A DNA stretch of 64,000 bases from Trichosphaerium sp. ATCC 40318 (lineage: Eukaryota; Protista; Tubulinea), in NCBI GenBank assembly GCA_038496445.1, contig JALMLS010000385.1:248001-312000 (forward strand), written 5' to 3'. Under the pieces are notes generated by a model that did not search any database, was not told where the DNA came from, and worked only from the letters and a program-made list of their open reading frames with translations. A program made the position numbers and the translations under genes. This document shows, piece by piece, positions 25,922-38,739 of this stretch; the first letter of the stretch is position 1, and each line of letters starts with the position of its first letter.

Positions 25922-28900
25922 CTAAGACTTAGGAGGTTTTGCTTCACGTATTACAGATCCTAGTTCTTCGCTCATAATCAATAAAGCGAATCTACTGACA
26001 TTATCCAAGTCCTTTGTCATCAAAGAAGAATAATCAAAACGTCCTCTATTGAAGTGTTAGTAACACTTTTTTTAATCAACTCTACTGGTTCACATACCGC
26101 TTATCAGTGTATCCATCCTTATAGAACTGTGATCCATGGTTCTTCATCTGAGCGTAGACTTTAACGTAGACTTTTTCACAAGCTTTTCCGTCTTTTTTGT
26201 TACTGACTTTCAAGTGACCATAATTCTCGATTACATGTACGATTAGGTTATTAGCAAAGTGAGCCTTTGATCTCTTGATACTTCCAACATTAACGTTAAT
26301 CATAGCATTAGAGGTTAGGAACTCTTCAGGAAGATCAATGCTCGTTGTTTGATGCTTTGAATCCAACTTGACCTGAAACAGAAATAAATGAGAATCAAAG
26401 CGTTTTTACAAGATACATACCACATCTGTACGGTAAGGCATGATATAAGCAAAGTGTCCAAAGTTATGAGCAACGAATGGGCTCGAAGAGAATAAAAGTT
26501 CTACATCCATCTTGAAGTAACTGACTTGAGCAGACTTGACATTTTGATGTTGGAAAACAATTTTGTTGCTCTCTAACGAAAAGTCGATATTTGGCTCCTT
26601 CACTACACGTTGCATCTGTGCTTGATCGCGTGCATCTTTATCAACAACTTCGGTATGTGCTTCAACTACACACAGGGTGAGAAAAAGGATAACTAACTGT
26701 ACCAGGTTTGTACAAAACAAAACGATAAGGCGAAAAGAAGGAAAAACTCACTTTCATCAATCTCCTTTAGCTGAGCTTCGATTTCATTAAAGAGTTTACG
26801 CCAACGTGTAACCGGATATTTAGAATACTTCTTAGATATCTTACGAGCCTAGACAGATATAAATAAACGTAAAAAAGGTACAGAGTAAAAAAAAGCGAAG
26901 AAAAAAAAAACTTGCCAAAGAAACATCATCAGTGTAAAGAGTCAAGTAAGCTGCTAAGTAATCATGTTGTAGCTGCATTTCTAGCCCATTAGTTGATGAA
27001 ACAACTGTCTTTTTACGTTTTCTAGCCTGCAGCAAATGAATTAGAACATAATTGTACCAAGAGAAATTCGTACTGATGTTGGTTTTTCAGATACTGACGC
27101 TTCTTCTTTGTCTCCTTTCTTAGACTTCTTGGTTTTAAGCCTACTTCCTGATCTACCTTTCTTCAGTTTACCAGGTTTACCAGGTACAGCCAGGGCAGTT
27201 TGACCTTAAAATGAAAGCATAAACAAAGGCAGACAAGAAAGAACAATCAATAGAAAGAAACATACTTTTTCCTTGAGCAGAAGCATCTTTCAGAGGCTTC
27301 GTAGGTGGATTAGCGATACGTGAGAACATGTCAGCGGCTTCATCTATCTTATCTTGAAGTAATAGATAATATGTGCTGGCCATGATATCTTCAGTACGCA
27401 TGAACTTTCTGAAGCAAAGATTTGTTAAGAATGTCTCATATTGAGCTTTGAATAGGTTATTCAATATCTTCTTTTGCTTTCCAAGAGCATGTGCTCTAGC
27501 GTTGATGAAAGGATTATACTCAAGATGTTCAGCTTGACGCTCTTGGATCTAAAAAAAACAATCAAAAAAAACAGCGTGAACTCAAGAAAAAAACAGGATT
27601 GTGACTTACAACATCTCTGTCGATTAAGTTAGTTTGTAGGAACGGTCCAACCTTTTTAACAACATCACGATGATGCTAACCATATTGTTAATAAACTATA
27701 ACTGTACAAGAGAATAAAGAAACGTACATCAAGGTATTCTTTAGCACGTTTTTCGTTTGTTACACCCTCAGATACTGAAAATGCCCAAATAGCATCATTG
27801 TAAACGAACCGATTACTCAGAATATCTGTAACGCTCTCAAAAAATTTTGGGTTTTTTGTAAGCCTCCAACATATTCTAAACGTTTTAACATTACGTTAAG
27901 AGTAAATAAACATGACTACGTACTTGTGAAGTTTGTTTTCGATACGGCAAATATTTTGATTTTTTAAGTAAGCAAGGACTTCTTCCTGTGAACCCTGAAA
28001 ATAGGATTAATCGCCAGGTTTTTATTAGATTATATGGCATACCTCATTACTGACATAGTTCCAAGATGTAGTATCAACTTCAGTAGGCTTATCGACAACG
28101 TTAAAGACAAAAGGTTGTGCAAAAGCAACCACTATTAAAATAATTAATGAACACGTCTCCTTTTCTTTTTCTTCAGTACCTTTTTCATCCTTTGACACGT
28201 GGACAGGAAAGTGTTCATATTTTCCTTGCTTAGTTGATGTAGGAAAGTAAAAATGATAAGTTAGAGGTGATGCAGTCGAATACGGAGAAATCTTGATGAG
28301 CTTTGTTCTAACATTTAATTAATACCAAAAAAAACATTTTATGTGTATTCTCTTTAGAGGTGCTAGGTTTTTCTTTAATATCAACAAACGTATTTTCGAG
28401 CCATAACTGCAAATAGGCATTCATAAAATGTAAAGTTTGATGTTTTGTTAAAGACAGGGTAATTGTAACTGCGCAAAAACAAATTCTAAAGCAATATTAT
28501 CGTACTTTGTAAAGAATCCTTTCTTAACTGGCATAGCTCCAGTAGGTATCTGCATCATGACAAATACATTCTGTGTAGTATTTGATACATTTGTAATAAC
28601 AGCTTTACAAGCGTATATCTTGTTCTAAATAAAAGAAAAAAGTTAGAACACGTGAAGGAAAAAAAACAAAATTATTAAACAAAATCGCCAAAAACTCTTT
28701 GTTACCTTCAAGAATTCTTCTGTTACGTATTTCTCGGTACCATCTTGGAATAGTTTATCCTTAGGATCATAAAAGTTTTGACCAACAAGTATTGGTTTTC
28801 TCTCGACTTCAGAGGTCCTGATTTGCTTGTGGAATATAACACAAGATATTTTAGGAGTCAATGCCAAAGCGAAATCTTCAACAGAAAAATCATGAACAGG

Positions 28901-31900
28901 TGGGCGAGCAGGTAAGTCAATCACTATAGTCATGTCAGTACGCGAGGTGTTAGTATTAGATAGGTACCTGCTAGGGCAAACATCATCTCTGGGAAAGTAT
29001 TTGTAGCATAGATAAAATGTTCTGAAACAAAAGTTCTCTTCTTTTTGTGCAAAGCGTATGCTGACCAGAAAGCATTTACTTTAACAAGATAAGATGTATC
29101 CTGGTTATTACGAATTTTATAGTAATTTGTCTCGGCATATTCTTTAGTCTTAGGAACAGGTTGATAGAACTGACGCTGTTTTTCACGCATAGCTATATCT
29201 TTCTAAACAAACAAGAGTTATAAAACAACAATCACAAAGTATTTGTTTTAAAATGATTTTAGAACACTAGACAGCTAAATAAAGCTGATATTGTATTTAA
29301 TAGGTTCCTTAGAAAATAAGGAACAAAACCAGGTGCTATTTCTTTAGAATAGCTAACGCTGAAAGCGTCTTTTCTTCAACAAAAAAAAAATTTGTTTTTG
29401 TACCTTGAGTTGTTGTTTGCGTTTAGCACCTCTCTTCATTTTGTTCGAGAATTTACCCATTGGATTGGCTGCCTTTGATCTACGTCGTTGTGGTACATCC
29501 ATACTCATAAAATCTTTTTTCATTTTCTTTTTCTTTTCAGGTTTTTTACTGCTTCTACAAAAATACTGTCAAAAGGACTTGTATACGCGATATCAAAAAA
29601 GTATACTGGTTCTTACTTTGAGTACTGTGCCAGTGAAACCTTAGTTTCGCATGCCATGATCTTGCCTAAACCCGACATAGCCAGAGATTCATATCGCATT
29701 TCTTTTTCTGGCTCACACTCTTCTTCACTCCACGCTGAACTGGAACTATCGGGAGGAGGCCTGCCACGTGTGACATTGGATGATGAGGATGATGAAGATG
29801 ATGAGTAAGAAGATCCCGAAGCAGTACTAGTACTAGATGAACGACTACTTGCAGCCCTCCTGTTAACTTGAGCAGGCAATACCGGCGCAGGATTTCTTTC
29901 TGGTACACGAGTTGCTTGACGCATAGGGTCTTCTTTATCAAGCTCAGAACCCTTGAGACCTTTAAAATATTTCTTAGCTTATCAACAAAAAATACAATTG
30001 ACTCTTACCTGTTTCAAATAGGTAATCAAAATTGGATGATGGAGGTTGGGTTTCATAATAATCTGATATGTATTTCGCCTTGAAAAAGTTGTAAGTACAA
30101 TAATAAATGAGATATATAATCATAGGTAGATCTTCAAGAACAAGATGTTCAAAATCGGAAGATTTTTTTGTTTTTTTCTTTATATTCACGTACGATATTA
30201 CTATTGCCTGTAACATGTCCAAGTAGAATCTTTTCAAATGTGTTTAATGTATTATAATATCTAGGTCTGAGATAATCCTTGAGATCATGTTGTAGAAGAT
30301 AACGATCCATAAATGTTTTTTCTTTTTTGCAAGAAATAAAAGGTTGGATAACATCAGTAAAGAACGCTTCATCCTAATAAACAACTGTCAAAATTCATTC
30401 AGTATTCTCAAAAACCTCTGTTGCAGAGCCCGTAAAATAACCAAACAAGATAAATATGAGAAAGTCATGGTAAAAAAAAAAGAAGAAAAAAAAAAGATAT
30501 AAAAATCACGTACTTTTCGGAATAAGTAATAGTTTAGCTCATGACAAGCATACTTTGAGTACTTTTCTTGTTTCTCACTAGCACTCATTCCATCCCATCT
30601 TAAAATCCATTTAAACTCTTCAAGAGTCTTATTATTACTGATTGTGTTGAAGAAAGTGAAGACTTTTGATATCGAATCATATACTTCGAACTTTGATGTT
30701 AAAACATCAGCAAGTGTAAAGGTTTTTCCTTTCTTGATAGTAGATATTTCCTTTTGTTCAGTAAAATGCTCTAAACATCACATTAAGAAAGAACAACACA
30801 TACACAGTCTAAGAATTGAAAAAAAGCGTACTGCTTGGTGCTAAGGCACGATCACCACGTAATGTCAAGTCTCTAAAATGCATGTCTTTTGTTGGTATCG
30901 CTATGCTTTGATATACAGCACTTGCCCTATCCACTGCAAACACACTGTAATATAAAAGTAAACAACAAGGGTAAAAATCACCGAAATCCAGGAAGGGCAT
31001 ATTCAGCCTTAGTATTAAAAAAAGAAATAACACGAATTGTAAAAGAAAAAACCTTGTTACCTTAAATGTCCATTATCGCCAAATTCACTGATATTAAGAG
31101 GTGAGTTTTAAATATTGTAAGTAAGTATTGCGTACGACAAAGGTAATGAAATGACACCATCTTTATCTGGTGTTAAGTTGTACTTTGCAACAGAACCAGC
31201 AGGCAAAAAGTCCAAGTTTGCGTAAATATTTTCAGTAGTTTTTGGACCTGCGCTTATATTCGCTCCTCCAGCAGTTGCACCACGAACTGCCTACAACAGA
31301 CATTAATGAACAAAACAACCTGAGACAATAACAAATCAACTTACACCACCTCCACGTTCTTGATATTCTGTTCCTTTTTTAGCATCTTGTACATCAGTTG
31401 AGGTATCTCGCACAGCCCCTGTGATTAATATATAAGGACAAACATAGTCAAAATTAAATATTAAACGCACAAGGGACAAGCAACAAAGAAGGTCTAGAGA
31501 GCATGTTACCAGGGAATACTTTTTGATATTTTCTATCTAAAATATAACGATATTCATCTCCTAGATCTCTTCCTTCGATATAGTTCGAACTTGCTCCTGT
31601 CATTGTAATAACACTCGCTTCTGGTACAGGGATTTTACCAAGTTGTTTACTAATAGAGTACGCTGGAACGAAATACGAGTTTATCACATGAACACGTGTA
31701 AAGTCGCTCCAGTTTGAAAGAGAAATATCAATTGTTTCTTCACCAACATCAATGTTTGCAACATGGAGAGGTGTAGCGTTCTTTGTTTCAAGTATACGCT
31801 TAGGACCATATATATAGTAATCGTCATTCTTTCCTTTAGCTACGCGAATGGTAATCGTTTTATCTGCCTACAGTGAAGAACATGTTAGTTTTAAAGTGTT

Positions 31901-34900
31901 TCCTATGATCTTCTTAAAACGTTTGTTAATGCGAACCTGTTTCAAGTGCAATGTGTAGTCGCCAGGTTCCAAGTTTGAAATTACAATAAATCCACCAGTT
32001 AACGTCATGTACTTGAAGCAATTTCTAATCCGTTCGCCACTAATAGTTTCAAACAACGAAGCGTCCAATACAGTCAATTCTGTAATTGGTTCGACGAATG
32101 GAATCTAAAAGAGAAATAAGACCCATTTTAAAGACGCAAGCTACAAATACTACTCACTTCAATATCCTCTCCATAACTGAAGTTCATATTCCTTGGATAC
32201 GTATGCCAGTTCTGATGAAGTACCCAAGAGTGCTTGTTATTAACAGTCACTCTTTCAACGTCAGTAAGAGGACCTAACTGAACATATCCCCATTCATCAC
32301 TCTCAAGATTTTCACAAACTGTTTCGGTAGAATATTTAGGCATGAGCTTAACTTGAACAACCTTAGCTTCCTATTTCAAACAGTAAATCACGTGATTTGT
32401 ACACAAACAATCAATAAAAGCACAAAAAACTGAGACGCACAATAGGTTCACCAGTTTTGCCTAAACATAGAAGAGTATACCCTGAACCATCATGTTTTAA
32501 GTGCCAATCATCACAGGCTTCTCCATCATCAATACCATTAAGCTTGAAGGATTGCTTCTCCGATACTTCCTTGTAACTGTTCTCTGACATTATCTTAACA
32601 CGTGCGCGTATTGAGAAAGTAACCGATCTATTGAATATTAAGAGATGACTTTAAACAAAAAGAAAGCAAGATACCTCATACTATCAGGAACTGGAAACTC
32701 AAAAGTAGATTCTTTATCATCATGTAATTCGAAGTTCTCAATCTCTTTGGTAGATTCAACACCATCAGCATCTGTAGTAACCATTGAGAACTTCACGTTC
32801 TCAAGGAGTTCAACAGAAGCAATATTATCATTGATAAATAATCGACTAGAAATGACCACAGTTGCACGTTGTCCTGAAGAAATTAGATAAAAACTACTAG
32901 AAGATGTACACGTTTTTACCTTTGATAAGAGACTCCCTATCGATATAAATACCTCCCTCAAATCTATACGATTCACGTCTATGATGGAACGTATCAAGAG
33001 TCGAAAAGTCGCCATGAACAAGCAGTATCTACAAAACCAAGTTAACCCACAACCCACAAAATTTCTTTAAAAAAAATGACCTGTTCTTCCGTTGTTGGAT
33101 GCTGCGTGTACGGAATAATAATTTCTCCATTTGAACTTTGCTTAAATTCGTGACCATCTAGAATTATAGATACATCCTAATCAGCATAAGATAACTACTT
33201 TTAGATCTTCAAAAAATACTCAAAAAATTATGTACTTTAAGCTTATCGTTATCTTCATCAAGAACTGTAAACGCGTGTCCAGCAACACTCTGGCGTTCAA
33301 CAAATCTAAAGTTTCCTTTACGTATAAGAGCACGACTACTTCTACCATTTCCAATAAACTAAGCAGAAAGAAGAAAACAGTGAGCAACAACCAAAGAAAA
33401 TAAAAGAAAAAAGAAACAGTACCTCAACAACAAAGATGCCACGCTCCCCTTTTAATGAAGGGAACTTGAACGTTTTCTCAGTACGTATGAACGGATCTTC
33501 AGGCATGTCATGTACTTCCTCTTCTTTAGATACCATACCATCCAAGTTGATATCGGTGGTAACCTATTGTTTGACATAAGCACTTATTACATTCGAAGAT
33601 TAACTCACTTCGCTAAGCTTGTCTTTGTAGTAAGCGTTAACATTGATCTGGAACACCTTCACAATTAGTGTTTTGACGTTTTTGACGACAACACTCAACT
33701 TCTATAAGTAGAGTAAGCTAAAAGAGCTCGTTGCAGGAAAGAGTTACATACAACATCATCATCTGGAAGAAAATGAGTTTTGTTACAGCCCTTGAACTTA
33801 ATCTCAACAAGTTCTCTTGCTGCATTAAGCTCGTCTTCGAATTCCGTTTGAAGGACTGCCATGTGTTTCTCTCTCTTTCCCTATCATAATGGTTACATCC
33901 AAGATTCTTTTCATTGTATCAGATAATAAAAAAAGGGTACCTTGCCGCTGTAAAGCTTTGACAAGTGGAATTGAGATTTAAGATAATCTTCATCAAAGTA
34001 ATCTGAGTACGCTTTATAATCTTTCTTGTCCTTGAGATGATACAATAAGAACTCTGAAGTAAGTTCATGATCATCATCTATAGTAACAGATTCAAGCTCT
34101 CCTATAGCCGGAGTACTGAAAGAAGCACAACTAAATTAAAAAGTTAACAAACTATTCCAAAAAAAAGTAGCAAAATAACTGTAACGTACTTGTTTTTAGT
34201 AAACTTGTTGTTAGCATAATGACAGTCTTTTGGGATTTGCAAGTACTTCATGAACCTATCAAGATTATATATACCTTGTGATAGCTCATGTCGAAGTAAA
34301 TGATACTGTACAGTGACCTACAACAGGAGTAAGCATAAAATCTCTAAAAGAATCAAGTTACATACTTTGTAGTCCTTGCTGTTTTTTAACTTGCTCACAA
34401 AGTTCTTTAACCTCTTGATATATTCTAGTTTAGCTTTACTATCTACATCAAGATCGATATCTGGATTCGCTAGCAGCTTTGCTGTATACGCATCAATGAA
34501 CGTCCTAAAAATATAGAAAATAAGAAAATAACAAGAATAAAAGAGTTGAACAAAAATATACCTATCACTAGCAGATATTTTGCTGCGCAACTTTTCAAGT
34601 TGTTCTAAAGACATGCGAGGATATATACCAGAGCATTTATACGAATATTTTGAATCGTATAATTTAGAAACAGCAGAAACAATCATGGCATCATCGTTAA
34701 AATAGTTAAACTTCATCAAAACATCGCCTAGCATATTCTTCTTAATGCTAGATAAGTCATTGTGTAGCAATCTAAGAAAAATTAATGATAAGTTTCTACA
34801 AACACAAGCATTAGACATACCTATCTAATCCAATCTTCGAACAATTTCCGAACCTCTGATTGTTCAAGATTAACTTTTTTGCCGATTTCCACGATACAGC

Positions 34901-35717
34901 ATCCTAAACGCCTTTGTAAGAAGCTATTCTATGGTAAAACTATTCCTTGTACCTTGTTAATTGCTGTTGGGTACTTTTTGACATTCTTATCGTCATTTGA
35001 CTTCCTATAAGACGAGTGAGTTGAGGAAACAAAAACACAAAAAAAATTCTTCATTTTCTGAAAAATCGCTTAGTTTTAACGGTTTAGCGATCAAGATGTG
35101 TTAATTGGTACCGCGGGATTTAGAAATTACGTTGGCATACCATTTAGATCGTTCTTTGTTGTACGCGAGTTTAGGTTTTAAAACCCTGCTCAATTCTTCA
35201 AATACCTCTTCTTTGTCTTCTGTTTCGTCCAGTTTCATGTACCTCCACCTAGAAAATTACCGTTTAAGAAATAACTGCCGAAACCACTAATTAGCTTGCA
35301 TACCTATCATCTAGCTCTGCATATTTACGATTAGAATACCCATAGGTGTCCGCGAATGTTTTTAATTGTTTCTCAATATTTTTAGCTGCCAATTTATCTG
35401 CACGTCTTGATTAGCGCATACGTATTGCGAAGCTATTTTACCTCCAGGCGTGTAAGTATTAATGCTATGAAGAACAGAAAGCCAGACATGGTCCTCACTA
35501 ACGTCTGAACACTTCGATACTACCTCCGAGCGGTCTTTTGCGAGCGCGTACTCCTCAACGATGCCAAAAAACGGCTCGTTTGCACTAAAATGCGTTTTAC
35601 TAACAACCAAACCGCAACAAATGTACTGAAAGCTCGTTTTTAAAGTATTATTGTTATTCTCACTAAAACAGACAACGCCTTCGTAAGAACATTAAAAAAT
35701 ACGTACTACGACGTCAT
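25922..35717 (-). CDS. Very large conserved protein resembling Dictyostelium AbpF-like proteins and giant bacterial hypothetical proteins; many exons
   Basis: N-terminal EEYALAKDRSEVV; internal KYSKYACHELNYYLFRK, EYAETNYY, STYYLLLQDKIDEA, LQHDYLAAY; C-terminal KVYVKVYA..FYKDGYTDKRGRFDYSSL..REAKPPKS*. The family is recognised from memory of these motifs. The start micro-exon is tentative. Confidence 0.75.
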
Positions 35718-36354
35718 TGCTCTCGTTGGTTTATTTTGTGTTAATGTTATTAAACCGAAAACCAAAAAATTGTCGTTTCGCTGATTTTGTTTTTAAACCA
35801 ACACAGTTTGACGATTACGGAAATGACCCAGATTATCCATCTCATGCTCTGCATCTTGTGTAAAACTATTTTACAAGTATAGCCAAAAGCAACAAGCATC
35901 GGTAATTTTGAAAAAGTTGACACTATAAATGTTGCTTAGATGCTCGTATGAGGCACTGCTAAAATAGAATAATAGCGATTCTCCAACCACAATCCGTACA
36001 AGCGCATTTTTTACGCTATTCCATGCTCTAAACCACCTTCAACAGAACACAATTAAATCTCTTGTAAACGTGCCATCAGACACTTACGCAGATAAGGACT
36101 CAGTAAGATGAATCACAGTTTAGTTGTCACCATTTTTAGTGATCTCTCCTAACGTTACAACACGTTATGTTATTGTCGTAAAAACAGGGAGATGTCTCTG
36201 GTTTTTTGGATCTATGCAGCTTTTTATTTGTCCAGAAATGCCCAGAAAAAAAACGAGAAAAGTAGCTACAAAATACAAATTTAGCAAGTCCTTGTCATGA
36301 CCAGTCGAAAGTATTGATCAAAAAAAAAGTAAACAGTTACGAAATGATTAACAA

Positions 36355-38450
36355 TTAGGTTGTATTGTAGTGTGTCTTCATGTAGTCTCTGTAGTACATA
36401 ACAACCAAGAATGGTTGTCCAATGGCAATACTAACCCAAAATATAACATTGCCCATAACAGGATTACTCTTTGAGAACCCACGTGTTAGCCATACAAGAG
36501 GTACTTGACCCATCATTCCCCAGAACGCCCATAACTTAAGATGACCAAAAGGTACACTTAGAATGTACTACAACAAAAGTCAATCAACATGGAGTTTAAC
36601 GTACTCTGAAGAAGTAAAAAATATATTGACATACCTCGTGGAAAACAGCAGAGATAAAGAAACATAATAAAGTACAAACAATCCTGCTCATTCCCCTAAC
36701 AAAATGATTAGAAAAAAACCTATTTTTAACATTTGTTTTTTTGTTTCTTCTACAAGTATCAACACGATAGCGTACATTTTAGAACATGGAATATATACAT
36801 GTCTAAGCATCCAGTTATGAACTGGAGAATTCCATGTGCGCCAGTAAGTACCCAGATCAGTAGAATTCCTAAAAATAAATTAAACTTATTTGGATCTTTA
36901 CAATCACATACCACCAATCCTTGTAGAATTGTCTATCGCCAAAGCGAGCTATTTCAGCCAGTATATTAAGATAATCATGGAAAAATACATAAAAACCAAG
37001 CAGCCATACATATAGGTTCGGTAGCTTTTTAAAGTGTAAGCTCTCGTACTTCTGACTAAGCAAATTTATGACTTACGGATAGTTTCAAAATACGTTCTAG
37101 AACAGACACAAAATTTCCTTTATCAAGCGGTGCTAGAGATTTTTCAACAATAGGATATATATACTGTCCACCCATCGTAAATTGAACCAGCGAAAGTACA
37201 ATCTAAATGAACATTAAGATTATGTGAAAAAAAAAAAAACTGAAGGTAAACGTACAACTTCAAAGATTTTGAGGATCAGGTACTTCCAGTTTATGCTATC
37301 TGTACGAGGATACTTTGTTTGGTAACACAAAGTTGGTACAAACATAAAATAATAGATTTCTTGGAAGTTAACATTGCCTGGGTAGCTCTTATCTAAAAGT
37401 CATTTCAGATAACTACAAAGAAAAAAAAGTAAAATACAACTCTCGTTTACCTCCATATTTACATGCAACATTGCGTAGGTGAGAATTAACTTGTGCCCAA
37501 GAAACTAATTTCATGGCGACAATAACTACCATCATACATACAACAACTCCAGAGGCTTTCAAAAAAAAGTGTCAGCATCCAAAAATGTAGAAAAAAACAA
37601 AATGACTTTCTGGTAAAACTGATCGTACCAAACATAACATGAAGCTGTGCAATCAAATACCATGGTAACAGGATTAAAACTGTAATATTTAGCGTATGTA
37701 ATATCCATGTGGCCGTGTTGCCGACAGTGCTTGCCATTTTTTCGATCAGAACAGCAAATATAACAAAAACGTTCAAACCTTGAATGAGAGTTAGCACAGG
37801 AAACTAAAAGTAATCAAATACATAGAACAGTAAAGTGCACTTGTCTAGGGAAACTAAAAAAACCCTTTTACCCGTAAAGGTTCCGAAAAAAATACAAGTT
37901 TTAGAAAAGCCTTTTTCAATGAAAACCTTCTTTCACATTGTTTTGCAGAATATTAAGAATGTAGGCCAATAAAAGTAGCTTTGGGGAAATGGAGAACGTT
38001 CTCCAGAACACAAGAATGCGCATGGGCATACTCTTGCAAATTAGTATTGATAAAACGTTGTTATGAGAACGATTCCGGCGCTACTGGCAAAATAAAATTT
38101 AAACACCCTTTAATACGTACCAATACCAATCAACAGCGACGGCCATCTGCTTGGTGCAACCATAAGTCCCAGTAGACTATAGTTCGTTATCCAACCGTAT
38201 CTGAGGGTGTTTTCGATCATCAAACGAATATTAGCAAGCATCTTAGCGTATATTAGACAGTAAGTAACGTTTTCGTGGACTGTACCAACAAACACAATGC
38301 CAACACCCTTAAACCCCAATACTTTGTTTCTGGAAGGCTAACTAGCGATTTTTGTACTTTAACATGAGGTTTGTAAAGAGTTGGAGCAGTTTTCTTTGTG
38401 TCGCTAACAACGCGCTCAGTAGCGGCGACTTCTGTCCTATGTAAGTCCAT
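36355..38450 (-). CDS. DGAT1: Diacylglycerol O-acyltransferase 1 (MBOAT family); multi-exon
   Basis: ANIRLMIENTLRYG, MKLVSWA, YPGNVN..YFMFVPTLCYQ..YPRT, LPNLYVWLLGFY.FFH, FGDRQFYKDWW, WNSPVHNWMLRH, catalytic FISAVFHE, FWGMMGQVP, GNVIFW..IGQP. Confidence 0.93.
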
Positions 38451-38739
38451 ATCAATTACACAGACTGCTTTCTTTGTAAACGTTGAACTTTGACTAATGT
38501 AAAAGGACTTTGACACGAAAATGCCGAAAAAGGCGGTTGAGTTTATATCATTGGGAACCAAGTTATTGGTAACAATGTGTAGAACCAATAGTGGCCGTTG
38601 TAGTGCGTTTTGTTTAACAAAAGACATACTGTCTACGGGCATCCCTACAGTTAAAAACGAGCGTCCCAAGCCGAATTGTTAAGGCGCTTGAAAATATAGC
38701 GTAACCTTACTTAATTTTCGTGATCAACAGCATCTGGCC

